Shown: positions 13,501 to 27,428 of the stretch, one piece after another
Numbering within the stretch: position 1 is the first letter of the stretch
How the letters are laid out: each line of letters begins with the position of its first letter
Assembly (NCBI GenBank): GCA_964016885.1
Contig: OZ024741.1
Span: forward strand, 409,324,001-409,388,000
Reading direction: 5' to 3'
Length of the DNA stretch: 64,000 bases
Source of the DNA: Eledone cirrhosa
Lineage: Eukaryota
Notes under the pieces: model-generated
The model's database searches: none
Seen by the model: the letters and a program-made list of their open reading frames with translations, nothing else
Told to the model about the DNA's origin: nothing
Program-made: the position numbers and the translations under genes

Positions 13501-16500
13501 GCCAGTCACTGGGGTGTCACTGGTACAGCCAGTCACTGGGGTGTCACTGGTACAGCCAGTCACTGGGGTGCCACTGGTACAGCCAGTCACTGGGGTGTCA
13601 CTGGTACAGCCAGTCATTGGGGTGTCACTGGTACAGCCAGTCATTGGGGTGTCACTGGTACAGTCAGTCATTGGGGTGTCACTGGTACAGTCAGTCATTG
13701 GGGTGTCACTGGTACAGCCAGTCACTGGGGTGTCACTGGTACAGCCAGTCACTGGGGTGTCACTGGTACAGCCAGTCACTGGGGTGTCACTGGTACAGCC
13801 AGTCATTGGGGTGTCACTGGTACAGTCAGTCATTGGGGTGTCACTGGTACAGCCAGTCATTGTGGTGTCACTGGGGTGTCACTGGTACAGCCAGTCATTG
13901 GGGTGTCACTGGTACAGTCAGTCATTGGGGTGTCACTGGTACAGCCAGTCATTGTGGTGTCACTGGGGAGTCACTGGTACAGCCAGTCATTGGGGTGTCA
14001 CTGGTACAGTCAGTCATTGGGGTGTCACTGGTACAGTCAGTCATTGGGGTGTCACTGGTACAGCCAGTCATTGGGGTGTCACTGGTACAGCCAGTCACAG
14101 GGGAGTCACTGGTACAGTCAGTCATTGGGGTGTCACTGGTACAGTCAGTCATTGGGGTGTCACTGGTACAGCCAGTCATTGGGGTGTCACTGGTACAGCC
14201 AGTCACAGGGGAGTCACTGGTACAGCCAGTCACAGGGGAGTCACTGGTACAGTCAGTCATTGGGGTGTCACTGGTACAGCCAGTCATTGGGGTGTCACTG
14301 GTACAGCCAGTCATTGGGGTGTCACTGGTACAGCCAGTCACAGGGGAGTCACTGGTACAGCCAGTCATTGGGGTGTCACTGGTACAGCCAGTCATTGGGG
14401 TGTCACTGGTACAGTCAGTCATTGGGGTGTCACATGTACAGCCAGTCACAGGGGAGTCACTGGTACAGCCAGTCATTGGGGTGTCAATGGTACAGCCAGT
14501 CATTGGGGTGTCACTGGTACAGCCAGTGATTGGGGTGTCAGTGGTACAGCCAGTCACTGGGGTGTCACTGGTACAGCCAGTCACAGGGGAGTCACTGGTA
14601 CAGCCGGTCATTGGGGTGTCAATGGTACAGTCAGTCATTGGGGTGTCACTGGTACAGCCAGTCACTGGGGTGTCACTGGTACAGCCAGTCATTGGGGTGT
14701 CACTGGTACAGTCAGTCATTGGGGTGTCACTGGTACAGCCAGTCACAGGGGAGTCACTGGTACAGCCAGTCATTGGGGTGTCACTGGTACAGCCAGTCAT
14801 TGGGGTGTCACTGGTACAGCCAGTCATTGGGGTGTCACTGGTACAGTCAGTCACTGGGGTGTCACTGGTACAGCCAGTCACAGGGGAGTCACTGGTACAG
14901 CCAGTCATTGGGGTGTCAATGGTACAGTCAGTCATTGGGGTGTCACTGGTACAGCCAGTCACTGGGGTGTCACTGGTACAGCCAGTCATTGGGGTGTCAC
15001 TGGTACAGTCAGTCATTGGGGTGTCACTGGTACAGCCAGTCACAGGGGAGTCACTGGTACAGCCAGTCATTGGGGTGTCAATGGTACAGTCAGTCATTGG
15101 GGTGTCACTGGTACAGCCAGTCACTGGGGTGTCACTGGTACAGCCAGTCATTGGGGTGTCAATGGTACAGTCAGTCATTGGGGTGTCACTGGTACAGCCA
15201 GTCATTGGGGTGTCACTGGTACAGTCAGTCACTGTGGTGTCACTGGTACAGTCAGTCACTGGGGTGTCACTGGTACAGCCAGTCACTGGGGTGTCACTGG
15301 TACAGCCAGTCATTGGGGTGTCACTGGTACAGTCAGTCACTGTGGTGCCACTGGTACAGCCAGTCATTGGGGTGTCACTGGTACAGTCAGTCACTGGGGT
15401 GTCACTGGTACAGCCAGTCACTGGGGAGTCACTGGTACAGCCAGTCACTGGGGTGTCACTGGTACAGTCAGTCACTGGGGTGCCACTGGTACAGTCAGTC
15501 ACAGGGGTGTCACTGGTACAGCCAGTCATTGGGGTGTCACTGGTACAGTCAGTCACTGGGGTGTCACTGGTACAGTCAGTCACTGGGGTGTCACTGGTAC
15601 AGCCAGTCATTGGGGTGTCAATGGTACAGTCAGTCATTGGGGTGTCACTGGTACAGCCAGTCATTGGGGTGTCACTGGTACAGTCAGTCACTGTGGTGTC
15701 ACTGGTACAGTCAGTCACTGGGGTGTCACTGGTACAGCCAGTCATTGGGGTGTCACTGGTACAGCCAGTCACTGGGGTGTCACTGGTACAGTCAGTCATT
15801 GGGGTGTCACTGGTACAGTCAGTCACTGGGGTGTCACTGGTACAGTCAGTCACTGGGGTGTCACTGGTACAGCCAGTCATTGGGGTGTCACTGGTACAGC
15901 CAGTCACAGGGGAGTCACTGGTACAGCCAGTCATTGGGGTGTCACTGGTACAGCCAGTCACTGTGGTGTCACTGGTACAGCCAGTCACTGGGGTGTCACT
16001 GGTACAGCCAGTCATTGGGGTGTCACTGGTACAGCCAGTCATTGGGGTGTCACTGGTACAGCCAGTCACTGTGGTGTCACTGGTACAGCCAGTCATTGGG
16101 GTGTCACTGGTACAGCCAGTCACTGGGGTGTCAGTGGTACAGCCAGTCATTGGGGTGTCACTGGTACAGCCAGTGATTGGGGTGTCACTGGTACAGCCAG
16201 TCATTGGGGTGTCACTGGTACAGCCAGTCACTGGGGTGTCACTGGTACAGCCAGTCACTGTGGTGTCACTGGTACAGCCAGTCATTGGGGTGTCACTGGT
16301 ACAGCCAGTCACTGTGGTGTCACTGGTACAGCCAGTCACTGGGGTGTCACTGGTACAGTCAGTCATTGGGGTGTCACTGGTACAGCCAGTCATTGGGGTG
16401 TCACTGGTACAGCCAGTCACTGTGGTGTCACTGGTACAGCCAGTCACTGGGGTGTCACTGGTACAGCCAGTCATTGGGGTGTCACTGGTACAGTCAGTCA

Positions 16501-19500
16501 TTGGGGTGTCACTGGTACAGCCAGTCATTGGGGTGTCACTGGTACAGCCAGTCATTGGGGTGTCACTGGTACAGCCAGTCACTGTGGTGTCACTGGTACA
16601 GCCAGTCACTGGGGTGTCACTGGTACAGCCAGTCATTGGGGTGTCACTGGTACAGTCAGTCACTGGGGTGTCACTGGTACAGCCAGTCATTGGGGTGTCA
16701 CTGGTACAGCCAGTCATTGGGGTGTCACTGGTACAGCCAGTCACTGGGGTGTCACTGGTACAGCCAGTCACTGGGGTGTCACTGGTACAGCCAGTCACTG
16801 GGGTGTCACTGGTACAGCCAGTCACTGGGGTGCCACTGGTACAGCCAGTCACTGGGGTGTCACTGGTACAGCCAGTCATTGGGGTGTCACTGGTACAGCC
16901 AGTCATTGGGGTGTCACTGGTACAGTCAGTCATTGGGGTGTCACTGGTACAGTCAGTCATTGGGGTGTCACTGGTACAGCCAGTCACTGGGGTGTCACTG
17001 GTACAGCCAGTCACTGGGGTGTCACTGGTACAGCCAGTCACTGGGGTGTCACTGGTACAGCCAGTCATTGGGGTGTCACTGGTACAGTCAGTCATTGGGG
17101 TGTCACTGGTACAGCCAGTCATTGTGGTGTCACTGGGGTGTCACTGGTACAGCCAGTCATTGGGGTGTCACTGGTACAGTCAGTCATTGGGGTGTCACTG
17201 GTACAGCCAGTCATTGTGGTGTCACTGGGGAGTCACTGGTACAGCCAGTCATTGGGGTGTCACTGGTACAGTCAGTCATTGGGGTGTCACTGGTACAGTC
17301 AGTCATTGGGGTGTCACTGGTACAGCCAGTCATTGGGGTGTCACTGGTACAGCCAGTCACAGGGGAGTCACTGGTACAGTCAGTCATTGGGGTGTCACTG
17401 GTACAGTCAGTCATTGGGGTGTCACTGGTACAGCCAGTCATTGGGGTGTCACTGGTACAGCCAGTCACAGGGGAGTCACTGGTACAGCCAGTCACAGGGG
17501 AGTCACTGGTACAGTCAGTCACTGGGGTGTCACTGGTACAGCCAGTGATTGGGGTGTCAGTGGTACAGCCAGTCACTGGGGTGTCAGTGGTACAGCCAGT
17601 CATTGGGGTGTCACTGGTACAGCCAGTCACTGGGGTGTCAGTGGTACAGCCAGTCATTGGGGAGCCACTGGTACAGCCAGTCATTGGGGTGTCACTGGTA
17701 CAGCCAGTCACTGGGGAGTCACTGGTACAGTCAGTCACTGGGGTGTCACTGGTACAGCCAGTGATTGGGGTGTCAGTGGTACAGCCAGTCACTGTGGTGT
17801 CACTGGTACAGCCAGTCATTGGGGTGTCACTGGTACAGCCAGTCACTGTGGTGTCACTGGTACAGCCAGTCACTGGGGTGTCACTGGTACAGCCAGTCAT
17901 TGGGGTGTCACTGGTACAGCCAGTCACTGGGGTGTCACTGGTACAGCCAGTCACTGTGGTGTCACTGGTACAGCCAGTCATTGGGGTGTCACTGGTACAG
18001 CCAGTCACTGTGGTGTCACTGGTACAGCCAGTCACTGGGCTGTCACTGGTACAGCCAGTCATTGGGGTGTCACTGGTACAGCCAGTCACTGGGGTGTCAC
18101 TGGTACAGCCAGTCACTGTGGTGTCACTGGTACAGCCAGTCACTGGGGTGTCACTGGTACAGTCAGTCATTGGGGTGTCACTGGTACAGCCAGTCATTGG
18201 GGTGTCACTGGTACAGCCAGTCACTGTGGTGTCACTGGTACAGCCAGTCACTGGGGTGTCACTGGTACAGCCAGTCATTGGGGTGTCACTGGTACAGTCA
18301 GTCATTGGGGTGTCACTGGTACAGCCAGTCATTGGGGTGTCACTGGTACAGCCAGTGATTGGGGTGTCACTGGTACAGCCAGTCACTGTGGTGTCACTGG
18401 TACAGCCAGTCACTGGGGTGTCACTGGTACAGCCAGTCACTGTGGTGTCACTGGTACAGCCAGTCACTGGGGTGTCACTGGTACAGCCAGTCATTGGGGT
18501 GTCACTGGTACAGCCAGTCATTGGGGTGTCACTGGTACAGCCAGTCACTGTGGTGTCACTGGTACAGCCAGTCATTGGGGTGTCACTGGTACAGCCAGTC
18601 ACTGGGGTGTCAGTGGTACAGCCAGTCATTGGGGTGTCACTGGTACAGCCAGTGATTGGGGTGTCACTGGTACAGCCAGTCATTGGGGTGTCACTGGTAC
18701 AGCCAGTCACTGGGGTGTCACTGGTACAGCCAGTCACTGTGGTGTCACTGGTACAGCCAGTCATTGGGGTGTCACTGGTACAGCCAGTCACTGTGGTGTC
18801 ACTGGTACAGCCAGTCACTGGGGTGTCACTGGTACAGTCAGTCATTGGGGTGTCACTGGTACAGCCAGTCATTGGGGTGTCACTGGTACAGCCAGTCACT
18901 GTGGTGTCACTGGTACAGCCAGTCACTGGGGTGTCACTGGTACAGCCAGTCATTGGGGTGTCACTGGTACAGTCAGTCATTGGGGTGTCACTGGTACAGC
19001 CAGTCATTGGGGTGTCACTGGTACAGCCAGTCATTGGGGTGTCACTGGTACAGCCAGTCACTGTGGTGTCACTGGTACAGCCAGTCACTGGGGTGTCACT
19101 GGTACAGCCAGTCATTGGGGTGTCACTGGTACAGTCAGTCACTGGGGTGTCACTGGTACAGCCAGTCATTGGGGTGTCACTGGTACAGCCAGTCATTGGG
19201 GTGTCACTGGTACAGCCAGTCACTGGGGTGTCACTGGTACAGCCAGTCACTGGGGTGTCACTGGTACAGCCAGTCACTGGGGTGTCACTGGTACAGCCAG
19301 TCACTGGGGTGCCACTGGTACAGCCAGTCACTGGGGTGTCACTGGTACAGCCAGTCATTGGGGTGTCACTGGTACAGCCAGTCATTGGGGTGTCACTGGT
19401 ACAGTCAGTCATTGGGGTGTCACTGGTACAGTCAGTCATTGGGGTGTCACTGGTACAGCCAGTCACTGGGGTGTCACTGGTACAGCCAGTCACTGGGGTG

Positions 19501-22500
19501 TCACTGGTACAGCCAGTCACTGGGGTGTCACTGGTACAGCCAGTCATTGGGGTGTCACTGGTACAGTCAGTCATTGGGGTGTCACTGGTACAGCCAGTCA
19601 TTGTGGTGTCACTGGGGTGTCACTGGTACAGCCAGTCATTGGGGTGTCACTGGTACAGTCAGTCATTGGGGTGTCACTGGTACAGCCAGTCATTGTGGTG
19701 TCACTGGGGAGTCACTGGTACAGCCAGTCATTGGGGTGTCACTGGTACAGTCAGTCATTGGGGTGTCACTGGTACAGTCAGTCATTGGGGTGTCACTGGT
19801 ACAGCCAGTCATTGGGGTGTCACTGGTACAGCCAGTCACAGGGGAGTCACTGGTACAGTCAGTCATTGGGGTGTCACTGGTACAGTCAGTCATTGGGGTG
19901 TCACTGGTACAGCCAGTCATTGGGGTGTCACTGGTACAGCCAGTCACAGGGGAGTCACTGGTACAGCCAGTCACAGGGGAGTCACTGGTACAGTCAGTCA
20001 TTGGGGTGTCACTGGTACAGCCAGTCATTGGGGTGTCACTGGTACAGCCAGTCATTGGGGTGTCACTGGTACAGCCAGTCACAGGGGAGTCACTGGTACA
20101 GCCAGTCATTGGGGTGTCACTGGTACAGCCAGTCATTGGGGTGTCACTGGTACAGTCAGTCATTGGGGTGTCACATGTACAGCCAGTCACAGGGGAGTCA
20201 CTGGTACAGCCAGTCATTGGGGTGTCAATGGTACAGCCAGTCATTGGGGTGTCACTGGTACAGCCAGTGATTGGGGTGTCAGTGGTACAGCCAGTCACTG
20301 GGGTGTCACTGGTACAGCCAGTCACAGGGGAGTCACTGGTACAGCCGGTCATTGGGGTGTCAATGGTACAGTCAGTCATTGGGGTGTCACTGGTACAGCC
20401 AGTCACTGGGGTGTCACTGGTACAGCCAGTCATTGGGGTGTCACTGGTACAGTCAGTCATTGGGGTGTCACTGGTACAGCCAGTCACAGGGGAGTCACTG
20501 GTACAGCCAGTCATTGGGGTGTCACTGGTACAGCCAGTCATTGGGGTGTCACTGGTACAGCCAGTCATTGGGGTGTCACTGGTACAGTCAGTCACTGGGG
20601 TGTCACTGGTACAGCCAGTCACAGGGGAGTCACTGGTACAGCCAGTCATTGGGGTGTCAATGGTACAGTCAGTCATTGGGGTGTCACTGGTACAGCCAGT
20701 CACTGGGGTGTCACTGGTACAGCCAGTCATTGGGGTGTCACTGGTACAGTCAGTCATTGGGGTGTCACTGGTACAGCCAGTCACAGGGGAGTCACTGGTA
20801 CAGCCAGTCATTGGGGTGTCAATGGTACAGTCAGTCATTGGGGTGTCACTGGTACAGCCAGTCACTGGGGTGTCACTGGTACAGCCAGTCATTGGGGTGT
20901 CAATGGTACAGTCAGTCATTGGGGTGTCACTGGTACAGCCAGTCATTGGGGTGTCACTGGTACAGTCAGTCACTGTGGTGTCACTGGTACAGTCAGTCAC
21001 TGGGGTGTCACTGGTACAGCCAGTCACTGGGGTGTCACTGGTACAGCCAGTCATTGGGGTGTCACTGGTACAGTCAGTCACTGTGGTGCCACTGGTACAG
21101 TCAGTCACTGGGGTGTCACTGGTACAGCCAGTCACTGGGGTGTCACTGGTACAGCCAGTCACAGGGGAGTCACTGGTACAGCCAGTCACAGGGGTGTCAC
21201 TGGTACAGCCAGTCACTGGGGAGTCACTGGTACAGCCAGTCACTGGGGTATCACTGGTACAGTCAGTCACTGGGGTGTCACTGGTACAGCCAGTCACTGG
21301 GGAGTCACTGGTACAGCCAGTCACTGGGGTGTCACTGGTACAGTCAGTCACTGGGGTGCCACTGGTACAGTCAGTCACAGGGGTGTCACTGGTACAGCCA
21401 GTCATTGGGGTGTCACTGGTACAGTCAGTCACTGGGGTGTCACTGGTACAGTCAGTCACTGGGGTGTCACTGGTACAGCCAGTCATTGGGGTGTCAATGG
21501 TACAGTCAGTCATTGGGGTGTCACTGGTACAGCCAGTCATTGGGGTGTCACTGGTACAGTCAGTCACTGTGGTGTCACTGGTACAGTCAGTCACTGGGGT
21601 GTCACTGGTACAGCCAGTCATTGGGGTGTCACTGGTACAGCCAGTCACTGGGGTGTCACTGGTACAGTCAGTCATTGGGGTGTCACTGGTACAGTCAGTC
21701 ACTGGGGTGTCACTGGTACAGTCAGTCACTGGGGTGTCACTGGTACAGCCAGTCATTGGGGTGTCACTGGTACAGCCAGTCACAGGGGAGTCACTGGTAC
21801 AGCCAGTCATTGGGGTGTCACTGGTACAGCCAGTCACTGTGGTGTCACTGGTACAGCCAGTCACTGGGGTGTCACTGGTACAGCCAGTCATTGGGGTGTC
21901 ACTGGTACAGCCAGTCATTGGGGTGTCACTGGTACAGCCAGTCACTGTGGTGTCACTGGTACAGCCAGTCATTGGGGTGTCACTGGTACAGCCAGTCACT
22001 GGGGTGCCAGTGGTACAGCCAGTCATTGGGGTGTCACTGGTACAGCCAGTGATTGGGGTGTCACTGGTACAGCCAGTCATTGGGGTGTCACTGGTACAGC
22101 CAGTCACTGGGGTGTCACTGGTACAGCCAGTCACTGTGGTGTCACTGGTACAGCCAGTCATTGGGGTGTCACTGGTACAGCCAGTCACTGTGGTGTCACT
22201 GGTACAGCCAGTCACTGGGGTGTCACTGGTACAGTCAGTCATTGGGGTGTCACTGGTACAGCCAGTCATTGGGGTGTCACTGGTACAGCCAGTCACTGTG
22301 GTGTCACTGGTACAGCCAGTCACTGGGGTGTCACTGGTACAGCCAGTCATTGGGGTGTCACTGGTACAGTCAGTCATTGGGGTGTCACTGGTACAGCCAG
22401 TCATTGGGGTGTCACTGGTACAGCCAGTCATTGGGGTGTCACTGGTACAGCCAGTCACTGTGGTGTCACTGGTACAGCCAGTCACTAGGGTGTCACTGGT

Positions 22501-25500
22501 ACAGCCAGTCATTGGGGTGTCACTGGTACAGTCAGTCACTGGGGTGTCACTGGTACAGCCAGTCATTGGGGTGTCACTGGTACAGCCAGTCATTGGGGTG
22601 TCACTGGTACAGCCAGTCACTGGGGTGTCACTGGTACAGCCAGTCACTGGGGTGTCACTGGTACAGCCAGTCACTGGGGTGTCACTGGTACAGCCAGTCA
22701 CTGGGGTGCCACTGGTACAGCCAGTCACTGGGGTGTCACTGGTACAGCCAGTCATTGGGGTGTCACTGGTACAGCCAGTCATTGGGGTGTCACTGGTACA
22801 GTCAGTCATTGGGGTGTCACTGGTACAGTCAGTCATTGGGGTGTCACTGGTACAGCCAGTCACTGGGGTGTCACTGGTACAGCCAGTCACTGGGGTGTCA
22901 CTGGTACAGCCAGTCACTGGGGTGTCACTGGTACAGCCAGTCATTGGGGTGTCACTGGTACAGTCAGTCATTGGGGTGTCACTGGTACAGCCAGTCATTG
23001 TGGTGTCACTGGGGTGTCACTGGTACAGCCAGTCATTGGGGTGTCACTGGTACAGTCAGTCATTGGGGTGTCACTGGTACAGCCAGTCATTGTGGTGTCA
23101 CTGGGGAGTCACTGGTACAGCCAGTCATTGGGGTGTCACTGGTACAGTCAGTCATTGGGGTGTCACTGGTACAGTCAGTCATTGGGGTGTCACTGGTACA
23201 GCCAGTCATTGGGGTGTCACTGGTACAGCCAGTCACAGGGGAGTCACTGGTACAGTCAGTCATTGGGGTGTCACTGGTACAGTCAGTCATTGGGGTGTCA
23301 CTGGTACAGCCAGTCATTGGGGTGTCACTGGTACAGCCAGTCACAGGGGAGTCACTGGTACAGCCAGTCACAGGGGAGTCACTGGTACAGCCAGTCATTG
23401 GGGTGTCACTGGTACAGCCAGTCATTGGGGTGTCACTGGTACAGCCAGTCACAGGGGAGTCACTGGTACAGTCAGTCATTGGGGTGTCACTGGTACAGTC
23501 AGTCATTGGGGTGTCACATGTACAGCCAGTCACAGGGGAGTCACTGGTACAGCCAGTCATTGGGGTGTCAATGGTACAGCCAGTCATTGGGGTGTCACTG
23601 GTACAGCCAGTCATTGGGGTGTCACTGGTACAGCCAGTCACAGGGGAGTCACTGGTACAGTCAGTCATTGGGGTGTCACTGGTACAGCCAGTCATTGGGG
23701 TGTCACTGGTACAGCCAGTCATTGGGGTGTCACTGGTACAGCCAGTCACAGGGGAGTCACTGGTACAGCCAGTCATTGGGGTGTCACTGGTACAGCCAGT
23801 CATTGGGGTGTCACTGGTACAGTCAGTCATTGGGGTGTCACATGTACAGCCAGTCACAGGGGAGTCACTGGTACAGCCAGTCATTGGGGTGTCAATGGTA
23901 CAGCCAGTCATTGGGGTGTCACTGGTACAGCCAGTGATTGGGGTGTCAGTGGTACAGCCAGTCACTGGGGTGTCACTGGTACAGCCAGTCACAGGGGAGT
24001 CACTGGTACAGCCGGTCATTGGGGTGTCAATGGTACAGTCAGTCATTGGGGTGTCACTGGTACAGCCAGTCACTGGGGTGTCACTGGTACAGCCAGTCAT
24101 TGGGGTGTCACTGGTACAGTCAGTCATTGGGGTGTCACTGGTACAGCCAGTCACAGGGGAGTCACTGGTACAGCCAGTCATTGGGGTGTCACTGGTACAG
24201 CCAGTCATTGGGGTGTCACTGGTACAGCCAGTCATTGGGGTGTCACTGGTACAGTCAGTCACTGGGGTGTCACTGGTACAGCCAGTCACAGGGGAGTCAC
24301 TGGTACAGCCAGTCATTGGGGTGTCAATGGTACAGTCAGTCATTGGGGTGTCACTGGTACAGCCAGTCACTGGGGTGTCACTGGTACAGCCAGTCATTGG
24401 GGTGTCACTGGTACAGTCAGTCATTGGGGTGTCACTGGTACAGCCAGTCACAGGGGAGTCACTGGTACAGCCAGTCATTGGGGTGTCAATGGTACAGTCA
24501 GTCATTGGGGTGTCACTGGTACAGCCAGTCACTGGGGTGTCACTGGTACAGCCAGTCATTGGGGTGTCAATGGTACAGTCAGTCATTGGGGTGTCACTGG
24601 TACAGCCAGTCATTGGGGTGTCACTGGTACAGTCAGTCACTGTGGTGTCACTGGTACAGTCAGTCACTGGGGTGTCACTGGTACAGCCAGTCACTGGGGT
24701 GTCACTGGTACAGCCAGTCATTGGGGTGTCACTGGTACAGTCAGTCACTGTGGTGCCACTGGTACAGTCAGTCACTGGGGTGTCACTGGTACAGCCAGTC
24801 ACTGGGGTGTCACTGGTACAGCCAGTCACAGGGGAGTCACTGGTACAGCCAGTCACAGGGGTGTCACTGGTACAGCCAGTCACTGGGGAGTCACTGGTAC
24901 AGCCAGTCACTGGGGTGTCACTGGTACAGTCAGTCATTGGGGTGTCACTGGTACAGTCAGTCACTGGGGTGTCACTGGTACAGCCAGTCATTGGGGTGTC
25001 AATGGTACAGTCAGTCATTGGGGTGTCACTGGTACAGCCAGTCATTGGGGTGTCACTGGTACAGTCAGTCACTGTGGTGTCACTGGTACAGTCAGTCACT
25101 GGGGTGTCACTGGTACAGCCAGTCATTGGGGTGTCACTGGTACAGCCAGTCACTGGGGTGTCACTGGTACAGTCAGTCATTGGGGTGTCACTGGTACAGT
25201 CAGTCACTGGGGTGTCACTGGTACAGTCAGTCACTGGGGTGTCACCGGTACAGTCAGTCACTGGTACAGCCAGTCACTGGGATGTCACTGGTACAGCCAG
25301 TCACTGGGGTGTCACTGGTACAGCCAGTCACTGGGGAGTCACTGGTACAGTCAGTCACTGGGGTGTCACTGGTACAGCCAGTCATTGGGTTGTCACCGGT
25401 ACAGTCAGTCACTGGTACAGCCAGTCACTGGGGTGTCACTGGTACAGCCAGTCACTGGGGTGTCACTGGTACAGCCAGTCACTGGGGTGTCACTGGTACA

Positions 25501-26949
25501 GTCAGTCATTGGGGTGTCACTGGTACAGTCAGTCATTGGGGTGTCACTGGTACAGTCAGTCATTGGGGTGTCACTGGTACAGTCAGTCACTGGTACAGCC
25601 AGTCACTGGGGTGTCACTGGTACAGCCAGTCACTGGGGTGCCACTGGTACAGTCAGTCACTGGGGTGTCACATGTACAGCCAGTCATTGGGGTGTTACTG
25701 GTACAGCCAGTCACTGGGGTGCCACTGGTACAGTCAGTCACTGGGGTGTCACATGTACAGCCAGTCACTGGGGTGTCACTGGTACAGCCAGTCACTGGGG
25801 AGTCACTGGGGTGTCATTGGTACAGCCAGTCACTGGGGTGTCACATGTACAGCCAGTCACTGGGGTGTCACTGGTACAGCCAGTCACTGGGGTGTCACTG
25901 GTACAGCCAGTCACTGGGGTGTCACTGGTACAGCCAGTCACTGGGGAGTCACTGGGGTGTCACTGGTACAGCCAGTCACTGGGGTGTCACTGGTACAGCC
26001 AGTCACTGGGGTGCCACTGGTACAGTCAGCCACTGGGGTGTCACTGGTACAGCCAGTTATTGGGGAGTCACTGGTACAGCCAGTTATTGGGGAGTCACTG
26101 GTACAGCCAGTCACTGGGGAGTCACTGGTACAGTCAGTCATTGGGGTGCCTCTGGGGTGTCACTGGTACAGCCAGTCACTGGGGTGCCACTGGTACAGCC
26201 AGTCACTGGGGTGTCACTGGTACAGCCAGTCACTGGGTTATCACTGGTACAGCCAGTCACTGGGGTGCCACTGGTACAGCCAGTCACTGGGGTGTCACTG
26301 GTACAGCCAGTCACTGGGGTGCCACTGGTACAGCCAGTCATTGGGGAGCCACTGGTACAGCCAGTCATTGGGGAGCCACTGGTACAGCCAGTCATTGGGG
26401 TGTCACTGGTACAGCCAGGCACTGGGGTGCCACTGGTACAGCCAGTCATTGGGGAGCCACTGGTACAGCCAGTCACTGGGGTGCCACTGGTACAGCCAGT
26501 CACTGGGGTGTCACTGGTACAGCCAGTCACTGGGGTGCCACTGGTACAGCCAGTCACTGGGGTGTCACTGGTACAGCCAGTCACTGGGGTGCCACTGGTA
26601 CAGCCAGTCACTGGGGTGCCACTGGTACAGCCAGTCACTGGGGTGTCACTGGTACAGCCAGTCATTGGGGAGCCACTGGTACAGCCAGTCACTGGGGTGT
26701 CACTGGTACAGCCAGTCACTGGGGTGCCACTGGTACAGCCAGTCACTGTGGTGTCACTGGTACAGCCAGTCACTGGGGTGTCACTGGTACAGCCAGTCAC
26801 TGGGGTGCCACTGGTACAGCCAGTCACTGGGGTGTCACTGGTACAGCCAGTCACTGGGTTATCACTGGTACAGCCAGTCACTGGGGTGCCACTGGTACAG
26901 CCAGTCACTGGGGTGCCACTGGTACAGCCAGTCATTGGGGCGCCACTGG
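1508..26949. repeat. 27-bp satellite array, ~25.4 kb (~940 units), consensus GTCACTGGGGTGTCACTGGTACAGCCA
   Basis: Direct tandem periodicity. The unit is an 11-mer plus a 16-mer, both starting GTCACTGG. Variant blocks recur at kb offsets (e.g. 4743 bp). Confidence 0.99.
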
Positions 26950-27053
26950 ACTCTAGACACAACAACTTAATAGAAACTTTAAATTCTTTATTTCAAAATG
27001 ATGTGAAAATCATTATCAGTGTCTTTCATTAGAAATATGTAAATAAAAGGACT

Positions 27054-27405
27054 CATCATCATCATCACCGTTTTACGTCCGTGCTTCCATGCTAGCATGG
27101 GTTAGATGGGTTGTCCTGTTGTGGGCAGTGTCTGGTCAGCTGACCATGCCTTGCTCATACAGGAACTGATTTGGCTTGATTTCTACAACTGGATGTCCTT
27201 CCTAACACCAACCTCATTTACAGTGAGTGGTGGGTGCTTTTTCTGTGGCGCCTACACGTCCACTTTACAGTGAGTGCTGGGTGCTTTTTTGCCGTGGCAC
27301 CGCCACGACCACCTTGAAGTGGGAGGGTGTGGGGGCATATTGTCTATATGCTTCAGCTTGTACCCATGGGAGGTCGGGTACTCTGTATTACTGCGTGACG
27401 CCAGA
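27054..27405 (-). mobile_element. RTE LINE 3' end fragment
   Basis: Closely similar to 40958-41305 (3' UTR and last codons of the RTE ORF), with (CAT)n tail on plus. Confidence 0.9.
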
Positions 27406-27428
27406 TAATAATAATAATAACAATGGTT

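Noticed and set aside
1508-26949. CRISPR-like array or variant-coded information store
   Set aside because: There are no unique spacers and no cas genes, and the context is eukaryotic. Variant patterns are explained by block duplication.
1508-26949. G-quadruplex array from the periodic GGGG tracts
   Set aside because: Tracts are usually 23 nt apart, too far for canonical intramolecular G4, so it cannot be supported from sequence alone.
1433-27032. Giant ORFs up to 2766 aa (GVTGTASHW, VSLVQPVTG, CHWYSQSLG, TGCTSDTPV repeats) as mucin-, adhesin- or ice-nucleation-like proteins
   Set aside because: The 27-bp unit is a multiple of 3 and stop-free in four frames, so ORFs arise automatically. Frames swap at 11/16-bp indels, there is no unique domain, and no single frame is preferred.
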